Shown in pieces: positions 38,049 to 54,849 of a stretch of 64,000 bases of DNA (position 1 is its first letter; each line of letters starts with the position of its first letter). The notes beneath the pieces are model-generated. The model saw only the letters and a list, made by a program, of their open reading frames with translations. It did not search any database and had not been told where the DNA came from. Position numbers and translations under genes: made by a program. The stretch is from Octopus vulgaris (taxonomy: Eukaryota): assembly GCA_951406725.2 (NCBI GenBank), contig OX597815.1, forward strand, positions 11,904,001-11,968,000, given 5' to 3'.

Positions 38049-40195
38049 TGGGCTGATTTCTCCAGTCACGTGTTACAAAGCATAGAGAGAGGAGGACAGA
38101 AACAAAAACAGAGATACAGAGAGAAAGGCAACAGAAGAGGTTAAAATCGTTATAGGGACATTAAAATTGTCAAACAGATGATAGGAGGTTGGTAAAGACA
38201 GCTACAAGTAGTAATTCTTCAAATTCTTCAATTATTAAAAATGTTTCAGCTTTAAAGCTGCATTCGTGTTGGGGTATCGATGAATGCCAAATATATGATA
38301 CAGGTTTAAACAAACAGAAATCCACAAATTCAGGTTGACATACACAAACACACTGACAAGAGCACATGCATGAACACGCGCGCGCCCATAGACATTTCAA
38401 CAGTTTAGGGAGAACCATGAATAGAGAAACAGTTAGTAAGTGAAGAGGAAGAAGCAGTGGATTTCTATAGCTTCTTGCAGACGGTGGTATCAGAAAAAAA
38501 AATTCTGCAATACGTTACATTTTGTTTAATGAAAATCTTCCTCCGGTGGTTTTCAAGGAATTTGTTAGTAAAGTAAGTTTTGTGCCTTATTAACTGGGGT
38601 ATTTACTGACTTAAGAATAAAAATATGTATCCAAATGAATATCTCACAACAATTGCTACAGCTATATTGATACATTTTTCAAACTTGGGTAATATTAAGA
38701 AACATAACGTATCTAAAAATATTATATCATTTATCAAATAACCTATGGGAGAAAAATTATATTTACAAATTGACCTGCTACATGACAGATAACAATCATG
38801 TTTGCTAATACTGTAGGAAGGTGCGAAAGGAAAAGCAAAGAGGAAATATTTTTAAAAATGCACTAACTCTTTTCTCAACAAACTTATTGAGTAAATAACC
38901 AAGTGGAAGAAGATGTATCATTCTTGCCATGAATAGATATGAGGTAAAAAAAACAAAAACAAAACAAGTGGATTTCATGCCAGCAAGAAAGAAGAGTTAT
39001 AGGATAATGCATGGCACAGTGTTTGAAGGCTTGACGATGTTAGAGTATATGGAAGTGCGTGCCTAGGTTACCTTAAAAGAAAAAGAATTATGTAACATAT
39101 CGGGCACATTTATATCCGCAGCGGGATAGATTTTCTCATCTTACTGTGATCGCAAATGTTAAATTATTCTTTACTCGAATATATTTTATTCCGTTTGGTT
39201 TCGTACGATATTTATTTAATAAGGAGCTGAATATGAATCTCAGATCTAGTGAACAACTTCAATTCCACTGCGATGAAAGACATCTTCACAGTAAGTATTT
39301 TGTATTTTTGTGTATGTAATCTGAACAGTTGGCGTCTAAGTTCTGAATAGATTCTACATTTATTTCTATAAACATTTAAATAAATATCAATCGTCTTAGT
39401 AGTACCCACTTGGAAAGTGCCTAAAGAGCAGCTGTGCTCGAACGATGCAAATTCACTTACATTCAATTACGCATTAAAATATAAAATTCAAGCATTATGA
39501 CGACAACCGCACATGATACTGTTCAGAATTAAAATTATATAAACTGTTCAGAATTAAAATTATAGAGACAGAAAACTGTTGCCCACAGTATTTTCATAGG
39601 AAATTACATAACTGATTGCAACAAAGAATGAACTCGAGGATATTTCTAAACTATACCAATGGTAAGAAGAATATAAATTTGCTAAGCAACACACGCTCGC
39701 AGAGAGAACTTGAAAATGGGCTTCAGATGAAGATCAAACGTTTGTTTAAAATATAGAAATAATAATAAAATAACAGAAAAGAAAATCATGAACTACAAAA
39801 TAACGTGTGTCTGATATTGTTACATAATGTGTGTATAATGTGATTAAGAAAGAGACTATGTAATGTTCAGAGTTGATACTTAAAATTAATGAAGAATTCA
39901 GTTTAAAAATTGAAGGCAATATTAGATGTTCGAACTGATTACAGGCGTATGGACGAAATGTACTGCGAAATATATCAAAGCACATCATGTGAAAACAAAC
40001 ACACTAACACACAGACAGATAGGCACACACACAGTGACAGACAGAAGTACACACGCGCACACACACACACAAACGCATACACACCCACCCACACATACAC
40101 TCACATAGACGTGCATCAAATATGAAATAGCTACATTTATATGTTTAAACATCCCTAAATCTACTATGACAATCATATATACAAAGAAACACATA

Positions 40196-40706
40196 CCGTA
40201 AATCCTCGAGTATAGTCCGCCCTTGAGTATAATACGCAGGGGATTTTTAAGGGGCTGTAACTCAGAAAACCCTAAACTTTGTGAATAATACGCACCCCTT
40301 CTCTAACTTGAGTCAAGGAGGTCTATATAACGGCCTTGGTTTGTTAAAATGTATAGGTAACGTCCTTTATTATTATTGTATATATAACATAATGCAAACG
40401 TGTAGCATTTTTCGTGCATTTTGTTTTCAAAAAATAAAGAAATAACGTAATAACGTTTAATAAATGTTGCTTACTGCAATTTATAGATGATTCTTTTCTG
40501 ACTTCGTTGCTTTCAGGCTTAGCTTAAGGTATTTTCACGCCCGACATCACAAAATGCGTCTGAATAAACATTGCCGGACAGCAAATAGAGACTCGGACAT
40601 TGCTTAGAAAATAATTTTCATTTTTAACCTCGTATATAGTACTCACCAGGGATTTTGACCTTTAAATTTTGGGGAAAAAATGTGGATTATACTCGAGGAT
40701 TTATGG
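40196..40706. mobile_element. Tc1/mariner-superfamily (pogo/Tc2-like) MITE
   Basis: TA|CCGTAAATCCTCGAGTATAGTCCGC ... GTGGATTATACTCGAGGATTTATGG|TA: 25-bp TIRs with a TA duplication, plus subterminal repeats of the TIR motif. Confidence 0.9.
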
Positions 40707-40826
40707 TATATGCGCAAAAACCCGCGCACATGTGCACAGAAATATATTGTCTCAGGTGAATTAGTTTGTGACATTCACACGTGTAAACTTGAAATGCGTA
40801 CTTTTGTTTCAGTATTCTTTCCATTC

Positions 40827-40885
<59 letters not shown>

Positions 40886-41482
40886 TATATGCTATTTTTG
40901 AGAAATTTAATATGAAGTTTCTTTTGGCCTCCTGAGGTACAATCTTTGTCGCCCTCCTCGGATTATTGCTCAAGCTTGTCTTGTCCAGACAGTCACGCAC
41001 ACACCCATTAATCTTACATTGGGCTGTGTACTAACATACGCAGGCAAATTGACACCTAGACCGTTATCAACATTTCCTTTGCACTATCCCTGCTCCAGAA
41101 TATTTCGTAAGAATTTCTACCGCCAATCCTTTACTGATTTCCTGAAGACTCTCATCCTCACTTAGATATGTCCTGCTTACCATCATGTAGGGTACCCGAT
41201 AAAAATTCTACCTCCTTACGAAGCATGCTAGGTAAAGTTGCTGGTTAACCTCCTTTGCTGGTTGCCGCCGACGGTCTGAATACGTATATAAGAATGTAAA
41301 TTGACTATTCTCAAAGGAATGAGAAATTATTTCATCATCTTCATTAGTTTACAGCTGTAGTCATAGATGAATAATTATCAATCAAATTGTAGCTTCATCG
41401 GAGCTTCAAATAAGATGTGGAATTTTAATTAGGAAACCATTACATTTATATACAGAGACAATTATTACCAACGAAATTGCAA

Positions 41483-41861
41483 GCACTCCGTCGGTTACGA
41501 CGATGAGGGTTCCTGTTGATCCGAATCAACGGAACAGCCTGCTCGTGAAATTAACGTGTAAGTGGCTGAGCACTCCATAGACACGTGCACCCTTAACGTA
41601 GTTCTCGGGGATATTCAGCGTGACACAGAGAGTGACAAGGCCGGCCCCTTGAAATACAGGTACAACATAAACAGGAAGTAAGAGTGAGAGAAAGTTGTGG
41701 TGAAAGAGTACAGCAGGGATCACCACCATCCCCTGCCGGAGCCTCGTGGAGCTTTGAGGTGTTTTCGCTCAATAAACACTCACAACGCCCGGTCTGGGAA
41801 TCGAATCCGCGATCCTATGACCGCGAGTCCGCTGCCCTAACCACTGGGCCATTGCGCCTCC
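41483..41861 (-). mobile_element. tRNA-derived SINE family C, full length
   Basis: Head GGAGGCGCAATGGCCCAGTGGTTAGGGCAGCGGACTCGCGGTC...GGATTCGATTCC. Tail shared with 59372-59555. Confidence 0.9.
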
Positions 41862-42227
41862 CAAATGCGTGTGCATATGCGTGTGATAAATATTAGCCAC
41901 ATCATAGTCTTACCAAGCCCCTCTTTTCATTTAATGCGGTGAGAAAATAGATAGTGTTTGGATCGATTAGGAGTAATGTCATAAACGAAGGATTACTTGT
42001 GGTAATACTTACAATGAATGTGTCTATGAAAACTAATAATGAAAATCGATTTGATTGGGCGCAATAAATAGTTTCCTTAAATGATAATTTAGGAGAGCGT
42101 ATAGTATATAATTCATAGTCCTAACGCTACGAAAGCTGGGTGAAATTTGTTTGGACAACATACTACAATATGTTAATTATAGCATTATGCGAAATTCAAT
42201 GCTTAAATATCTTACAGATAGGGAAAT

Positions 42228-43203
42228 CGGCGAGCAGGTAGAATCATTAGCACGCCGTGCGAAATGCTTAGCGGAATTTCGTCTGCCGTTACGTTCTGAG
42301 TTCAAATTCCCTCGAGGTCGACTTTGCTTTTCAACCTTTCGGGGTTGATAAATGAAGTACCAGTTGCATACTGGAGTCGATCTAAATCGACTGGCACGCT
42401 CCCCCAAATTTTCCGGACTTGTGCCTAGGGAAGAAAAGTACATATAAAGAAATCAGTGAGCTGGCAGAAACGTTAGCATGCCTGGCGAAATTCTTAGCGG
42501 CATTTCGTCTGCCATTACGTTCTGAGTTCAAATTACGCCGAGTTCGACTTTGCATTTCATCCTTTCAGGGTCGATTAAATAAGTACCAGTTACGCATTGG
42601 GTCGATATAATCGACTCAATACGTTTGTCTTTCCTTGTTTCTCCTCTCTGTGTTTAGCCCCTTTGTCGGTAGTAAGGAAATAGGTATTTCATCTGTCTTT
42701 ACGTTCTGAGTTCATGTTCCGCCTAGGTTGACTTTGCCTTTCATCCTCTCGGGGTCGAAAAATTAAGTACCAGTTTCGTTCTACAGAAGATCTAATCGTC
42801 TGGCTCTCCTCCCCCAAAATTTCCGGCCTTGTGCCTAGAGTAGAAAATATTATATATAAAGAAATCAGCTAGCTGGTGGAGTCGTTAGCACACCGGGCGA
42901 AATGCTTTGCAGTATTTCGTCTGTCTTTACGTTCTGAGTTCAAATTCCGCCGAGGTCGACTTTACCTTTCATTCTTTCGGGGTGGATAAATTAAGTAACT
43001 GTTGCGTACTTGGTTCGGTGTACTCGACTAGCCGCCTCCCCCAAAATTTCGGGCCTTGTGCCTAGAGTAGAAAAGAATCCTTAACACACTGTTTTAATTC
43101 AGAGTTCAAATTTCGCCGAGTTGGACTTCGCCTTCAATGTAATCGACTTACCCAACAACCCCAAAGATGATGGTCTTGGACCAAAATCGGAAACCAATAT
43201 TAT
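42228..43203 (+). mobile_element. Head-to-tail array of five SINE family B units
   Basis: gagttcaaatt...cgaggtcgacttt recurs in units starting at about 42228, 42455, 42683, 42866 and 43098. Confidence 0.9.
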
Positions 43204-43849
43204 GGTAAAGAGATATGTAATGAATTCTGTTTAAAATTATGTAGCATTAAATATTGCTTTCTGTATAGAAATATGTAAATATCAGTAGAAGAAATAATAT
43301 ATTTTGAACGTAAGGAAATAGAGTTATGATTTTCTCCGCATTGGGAAGGTGACTGACTTATGGGTTCAATGTAGAATTCTTACAGAGAGGAGGAGGAGGA
43401 GAAGAGAGAGAGTGAGAGAGAGTTGGCACACAAGGTGTTACTATTTTAGTTATTTACTAATACATGTGGTGAGATGGATGTATCAGACATTGTGCTTTGG
43501 GGCAAGAATGTTAGCACACATCGAAGATTATTCTTTAAAACGAAATTCACTGCCTCTATGCTAAGTGCATGCTGGAAGGTGAAGGAATGATATGCATATT
43601 CCGATACACTTATATGTAACCAGTATATGTAAAGAGTAATTCTTTCGAGATATTCCTGGTGAATAACTTCACACAGAATATGTCTTAAGAAGAAAGAGTG
43701 CAATTTGTCAGAAATCAAAGTTCCCAGCTTTAATAAATATTCAAGAACGAATGCAATATCATAAACTGGTTTTGAGTTCTTTACTAAATTCATGCAATTT
43801 AGTGAACTTTTGTCTTACCAAAAAACATTTATATACATGCATACATTAT

Positions 43850-48075
<4,226 letters not shown>

Positions 48076-48084
48076 TCGAAAAAT

Positions 48085-48195
48085 ACATTAGGAATGAGAA
48101 CCCAGGTTCGAAATTTCCCCCAAGACGTCAGATGAAGACTGGAAGGTATATATCAGCCGAAACGCTGTGTTAACACGATGAGGGCAACTGACTGG
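48085..48195 (+). mobile_element. Short element with a degenerate hammerhead motif (family H3)
   Basis: CAGATGA-a-gactg-gaaggtatatat-cagcc-GAAA-C-GCT-gtgt at 48129-48170. U4 and U16.1 are altered. Confidence 0.55.
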
Positions 48196-48259
48196 TTAGC
48201 AAATGGTATTACTTACCAAGCGGTATTAACCCCCAAAGAATAATTAAAACAAAGTTCAA

Positions 48260-48880
48260 AAGAAACCATCAGCCCACAACATGTTTATATGCGACTTATA
48301 AAGTCTTAATATTTTTCTGGCGGAGAAAAAAAAAACATTTATGGAACAGAACGCTATTTCCACACTCAAGAAAACAGGCGCCGTCGAAGCTCATCTGGAT
48401 GCGAAGATCTAAGTAAGCGCAAGGTCCTTGAGTACTGTCACAACAAGCGCAGAACTATCAGTACTTCATTGGTAGCAAAAAGGTTTTCGACAGTTCATGG
48501 ATCTTCAAAAATTCTCCTGCAATTCCAAACTTTCTGAAGCATAATATATTTTAGTGGAATACCAATCTCCAATCATTTTACATTAATGAAGTATTAGCTT
48601 CAAAAAGCATAAACATCAACAATGATTCTGAGGTTTTGTCGCGTAATCTTCGTTACAGCATCAAACCATGTGCTAAAGAAGTTCTAGGATTCGTCAAACG
48701 GAAGCGTAAAGATTGGTTCGATGGTAATAATTCTCTGATAAAACCTTTCCCAAAATACTATGCACAAAGGACACAAGACATAAACCGCAAACAAAACTCA
48801 CCATCCAACAAATCTTTATACATTAAGAAAGCCTCTATTCGAAATCACTCTTATCTGATTCATGACCAGTTTTGAATTAC
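48260..48880 (+). mobile_element. Decayed RTE-clade LINE fragment (endonuclease-RT linker)
   Basis: CAKEVLGFVKRKRKDWFDGNNSLI matches the RTE linker motif AxEVLG...RK..DWFDxN. Confidence 0.65.
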
Positions 48881-48931
48881 TATTATTATCCGTATCATCA
48901 TAATCTATTATTATCATCTATTATTATTATT

Positions 48932-49387
48932 GAGTGAGAGAGCAGTTCATGCCATCAAAGTGACACTGGGGTAAAATATACGAAGCCCAATCATGACTAC
49001 CCGTCTGATAAGGGTACACCAGGCACATGCATCACAACCATATGTGCGCGACATAGTGATCTGATATCAAAATAAACAGCACATGACCTTGCAGGTGGGG
49101 CCCAGTTAGAAATTTCTTCAGGTTGAGTAGCCCATCCCGCTCAAAATGTCCCTGAATAAGGGTTGTTTAAGGATGTTGATAGAACCACCCATGTTTCCAG
49201 AGGTGAATTATTCAAACCCCAAAGAATCCCTCTGAACACATGGCTATGATGCTCCCCCACTACTTCTGCTCATGATCAGAGATGCACATATCGTCAGCCT
49301 CTAAGGGACATGCTCAACTGGTTAAGGTCAAATAACTGACGAGCAAATCTTTGGTATTGAGCAGAATATTTGCTGTAGCCCATCTTT

Positions 49388-49389
<2 letters not shown>
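48932..49389. mobile_element. Unclassified 460-bp interspersed element embedded in (ATT)n
   Basis: Sharply bounded GC-richer block with (ATT)n on both sides and no ORF or TIR seen. Confidence 0.5.
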
Positions 49390-49437
<48 letters not shown>

Positions 49438-50187
49438 GTTATTATTATTATTGTAATTATTATTATTATTATCTTTTTTATTATTGTAGTTGTTGTTGTT
49501 GTTCTAGTTGTTGTCGTCGTTGTTGTTTTTGTTGTAGTTGTTCTTGTTGTTGGTGGTGGTGTTTTTGTTGTTATTAATTCAATTATTATTTTTGTCAAGC
49601 ACTGTACATCTCTACCCTATATATGTTTATTAGATTCACCACTGGTCATTTAATCAAAAGCCACTTCAAACCATAAGTATTTAAATGAATTCTAACAGCA
49701 CTAACAATGAATCATTTTCTGCCATTCTTTTTATGAATGGCAGACAATCTGCCTTAAACATGTTAATGTCGTTTAATCTGTTGATGGATAATTTTCGTGC
49801 AATTACAAATTCTGCGATGAGAGCTGGAACCATTTTCACTTAGTTGAACAGCAGTTTAATTTAATTTATTTATTTTTTTTTTTTGTTTCAGTTCTGGAAC
49901 TAAATTCCGTTACTCTCATGCTATCTCAAATTTGTTATATTAAATCGCATGAGCACCTTTGAACCAAATGCCTGTTTCTAGTCATATAATGGTGCAATCT
50001 GTGAAATTTTGACGGAAGCTGATCTGTCAATCGTTCAAAAATTCTAGGCCTTAAGTGATTGTTGTCTAATGAATCAAAACGGTTGTATTTGCAGACAATG
50101 TAATTAGTGCAATTATGCAAATGATCATATCAATATGGCTCACCAGTGTTTTCGTAATTCACAACATAACTTTACAACAGCCATTGT

Positions 50188-50362
50188 AATATTGGTTTCA
50201 AATTTTGGTACAAGGCGAGCAATTCGGGGGAGCGGAAAATCGATTACATCCCCCGCAGCGTTCAACTTGAAAGGATAAAAAGCAAGGCCTTCCTCGGCGG
50301 ATTTTGGACTCAAAACATAAAGACTGACGTAAAACCACTAAACATTTTCTCGTTGCCTTAAC
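50188..50362 (-). mobile_element. SINE family B, diverged, type-3 tail
   Basis: tattggtttcaaattttgg...cgattacatc...aaggataaaaagcaag...cctcggcggatttt. The tail matches the last unit of the 42228 array. Confidence 0.7.
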
Positions 50363-51681
50363 AACCACTGTAATATCGCTAGTTATATATGTTGGTCATC
50401 ATGCGGACGTGAAGGCGAAGTGTGTAAGGCATAATTACATATAAAGTTCGATGAATACATAGGACGATATGGCCGTAGTATCTATGTTATGATAGTCATT
50501 TCAACCCTTGTAATAAATATCATCTTTAAGAAAGTCAATGTGCTCACAAATTTCAAGAATCTTGAAGATGATAATAATGAGTTCGGTGGGTATAAAAATA
50601 TAAAAGGTATCAATTTTTGAGTGCGAAATAGAATAACAGGGGTCATAAACAAAATATATACCACTTCTAGAAGCTGGCAATATTCTATAGCAGAAGCTTA
50701 ACATCTTATTTTTACAACTCGGGTAACACATATGATTACTCAGTTAATATAAGGTTTTTAACCCTGGCAACTATAGAAAGTGAATAGGGATATAGACATG
50801 GCAGGTTAAATCAGTTCAAGGTGGCCGTAGTTAAAAAAAAAAGTTGCAGGTGGAATCCTTAATCAGGTAAACATATCCGTTATTTCTTGGCCGACGAAGC
50901 GTACAGACTAAGGGGAGAAACGCTCGGGACACTCAAATATGCTGAAAATACGGAAGTGATGTCGACCTGATGTTGGCTTCCGCAGGAGACCTTGCAATAC
51001 CTCTTTGTGGATTCTGAAGTTCCTGCGTGTGACAATGAATCTACGGTGTCTATTTCACGTATCCAATCTCCACTCAAATAAAACAACAATGCATATACTC
51101 TTTCATAATTGATACAAAATACTTTAACATTTTCTCCATATTAATAACAGCTCACACAAAGTTATGCTACACACGATCGCTACTGAACAAAATGCTATAC
51201 GTCATATGGCACATATTCTACGCAGCTAACCCATGAAACAATACTGTAATGCCAGAACCAACGTATCAAATGGGCAAACAAAGCTGTTTTTATACACAAA
51301 CAAATGACGTGACAATAATTATTATTTCTATCGAATCACGAAGAATGGGAAAATTTCTTTTTAAATCGACTTCTGGATATGATATGATTAGTGGAGATTT
51401 TATCGAGTCCAAGATGATTAATGCTGCATTTAACTAACGGGACATACGTGAACACTGCAAGGTATTCTGTCCAGCACGCGAACGATTCTGGCATCTTTTG
51501 TCTTTAATAACAATGAAGAGCAACGAGCTATCACTCTAAGGCGCCCCTTTCTTTTCAAATAGATCCTTTCTCATTTTACATCCGATCTTTTTTGTTAAAC
51601 GAAACGAAGCATTGAATCATGTAGTATTATTAGAAAGCAATTCGAAAGAGGTAATCATGGTGATCATAATTATAATTATTT

Positions 51682-51778
<97 letters not shown>

Positions 51779-51838
51779 GCTACTGCTGCTGCTGCTGCTG
51801 CTGCTACTACTGCTACTACTACTTCTACTACTACTATA

Positions 51839-51876
<38 letters not shown>

Positions 51877-51903
51877 TATTACTGCAACCACCACCAGCAC
51901 CAG

Positions 51904-51952
<49 letters not shown>

Positions 51953-52034
51953 GCTGCTACTACTACTTCTACTACTACGAGCAGTAGTAGTAGAAATAGT
52001 AGTAGCATTCGTAGTAGTAGTAGTAGTAGTAGTA
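51682..52034. repeat. (TAC)n followed by its reverse complement (GTA)n
   Basis: Directly visible; the strand switch is at about 51979. Confidence 0.93.
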
Positions 52035-54178
52035 AACACTGTCGTATACAGATGGATATTGTAAAGGACCTCTTATAAAATGTGTGAAATGCATTTTGTA
52101 GTGGGAAGGTAATGTACATTCAGGCAACCTAAATTGTCTGGGCAACCATTTTAAATAAGTTATCTACCAATAGTGTAAGTGGTGTAATTCTATATAAAGT
52201 GCCGCTCCTAATCACACGAAGCTAAATAAGTATTGATTAATATATGCTGCGGCACATAAATGATTGTTCATTTTACAAAACATTCGTGAAGGATCACATC
52301 ACCCTATATGCAGATATTGCCATCAACGAATATACGTTTCGACGCACATTCTTGCAAACGACAGCAACAAGTTTGGAATCGAAAAACCAACTTTAAAATG
52401 GTATCCCAGCTAAAGTATCGTTTACTAATAAATACAGAATCAAAGTTACACCCAGTTTGTTCGGAACTGGAAAAAGGAACATCCTCTGCAATGACACACA
52501 AGTACGGCGTTCAGTCTACAAAAATGACACGTTACCCTTTTTTTTTTGCATCTTCACTGAAATTTAAATGAGCTGTATCAATGCAGTCAATCTTCAATGC
52601 ATGGTCGATGGCATGACACAAAACATATCGAGCAATTCGAGAAGAAGTAAAATTAAACACGACTTTTCCCATTCTACTGCTCTGAAGTATTGCTGCCACC
52701 AATTTGCAGGTTGTGTTTCCAAAAGAAGAATAATGCAAGATAGAGGCAATATATCCCAATATTTTCTCTTTCCAACTGTCATCCTAATGGAAATAAGTTG
52801 CTGGCTCTAAACTATCGTCAGAGCTCATTTATTGTATAGATACTTGAAATTGTAGTGACATCAAGGATAGCTGACATTCTGTGAGCAAAAATGAGCTAAA
52901 TTCCAATGGTCATACTTTACAGCCATTAGATGCAGCTTCTATATTAGATGCAGCTTCTAAATTCTTTTGTCAAAATTTCACAAGTTATACTTGATGTCTC
53001 AAAAAAGATCTCATATACATCAGCGGCAGTAAGTGTCCTAACATGATCCCACAAAATGTTGTATTAAGACACTGGATTATTTTCGAAAAAAGAAAATTAA
53101 AACACAATCCAACATGTGATCAGTGAAATCCTCTCAAATCTAGAAAATGTCATTTTAGGTAACCTATATTTTTGTTGAGCAAATTTCCCTTCATAAATTA
53201 CATAAATCACACCCCAAGAGCAGTTAGTCTCAGCAAATAAAGCGTATCTGACGACGTCAGCAAGCTGCAGAAATTTCGGTGAAGCCGAAATAGAAACTCT
53301 TATACTATTTGCCACCTTATACTGCCACGTAAACGTGTCACTACCACCCAACATCTAATGAGAAATAGAAAAGGCATATTTACATGCTCTATATTTTATA
53401 ACAGAAAAGAAGATGTATCAAATTATTCTCAATTTTGTCTTGTGTATTGATAAGCACTATATATTCTTCAGATTCCAGCCATAAGATTTAAAGGCGAGAA
53501 GTTTACTGGAATATAAATTTCATCTATTTTTTCTCTTGTTTACACTGAACATCCAAGCATGTTTCTTAAGTTTCACTCTGCTATTATATGTACAGTAAAA
53601 GAAATACTTTGATCTCACATGAAATTGCTGTTCTATTCATATCTCTTTACAAATATCTGTTATGTCTTCAGTTTGCACTGAAGAATCCGAACACACAATA
53701 GTAATTTTCAATAATAGTTTTCTTCTTTAATCTACTCCAACAGAAACGAATCTGTAATCTCAGAATCTGCCGTATTCCCTTTTCATTCAAAGCTCTATAT
53801 TTTTTTACTACCCTCCAGCTATTTAAAAGTGGAATTTTGAAATTCTACCAATAATATTCCTGCTGCTTTTTCTTTATTATTTCATAAGAACTTCTGTTCC
53901 ATTTATATGCTTCCACTATCTTCCCTCTATATTACTGTTCATCGCTACCAATGCTTTCTGGTGACCAGAACAACTGCCCAGTCAGCAAATTGACTTCAAG
54001 TGTATTTATCTCCGTATAAGCTAGCTAGTATGGTTTACTTTTATTTTCTTTCGTATGCATTATCGATTTCGCAGATATAGAACATGAACTCATTTTATGT
54101 CACCCTAATATAATGCGTTCTGTTTTACCTGCCTGCATCACCATCGTGTCTGTGTATGTGTGTGTGTGTGTATGTATA

Positions 54179-54334
54179 TATTTCTTTACTACCCACAAGG
54201 AGCTAAACATAGAGGGGAGAAACAAGGACAGACAAGGGGATTAAGTCAATTATATCGACCCCAGTGCGTAACTGGTACTTAATTTATCGACCCCGAAAGT
54301 ATGAAAAGTAAAGTCGACCTCGGCGGAATTTGAA
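54179..54334 (-). mobile_element. SINE family B, 5'-truncated, type-2 tail
   Basis: Near-identical to 14030-14184. Confidence 0.9.
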
Positions 54335-54544
54335 GTGTGTGTATATATATGTATATGTATATATATATATATGTGTGTGTGTGCATGTATATATGTGATT
54401 AGATAGGCTCATGCACATATGCAAAAATACATGAACATACGGCATACAAGCAGGTATGGATACCTATATACATACATATACGCATAAACGACTACCTAGT
54501 TTGAAATTTAATTTCTCATAAAACTACTTTATAGGCGAAAATGT

Positions 54545-54790
54545 TTTTTTACTTGTGTCAGTATTATTACTGTGCACCTGGCGGGGTATCGCCTCGAAAT
54601 GCTTAGTCGAAAAAATGAACTGAGCTGATTATTGTCTGATAAAACCCGTTACTTACTCTGTTGGTATTTATTTGCCAAACCGCTACATTGCAAGCACGTA
54701 AAAGAGCGAACACCGAATTTTAAGCGGTGATTCGATAAGTATAAGAACAAAGACACGCCCATACACGTACAAATAAATACACATAAATGC
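54545..54790 (-). mobile_element. SINE family A, decayed 3' half
   Basis: ttttacttgtgtcagt...ttagtcgaa...ttgccaaaccgcta...acgtaaa in family order. Confidence 0.6.
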
Positions 54791-54849
54791 ATACAGACAT
54801 GCATACATACACGTGTATGTATTAGGGCCAACATTGGTTTCATGTTAGA

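Noticed and set aside
39518-39564. Short tandem duplication actgttcagaattaaaattata x2 (also attagatgcagcttcta x2 at about 52925)
   Set aside because: Ordinary slippage or repair duplications with no further structure.
41790-41861. tRNA gene (also the heads at about 6000, 37650, 58770, 59650 and 60560)
   Set aside because: A and B boxes are present, but there is no complete acceptor stem and each continues into a SINE body.
42228-43203. CRISPR-like or satellite array
   Set aside because: The units are about 200-bp SINE copies found dispersed elsewhere in the window. There are no unique spacers or cas genes, and the context is eukaryotic.
43446-43793. 115-aa non-repetitive ORF as another CA exon (also 38170-38418, 39212-39466 and 50880-51089)
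   Set aside because: No alpha-CA motifs (QSPINI, ExQL, GLA, YxGSLT) and no convincing splice-site pair.
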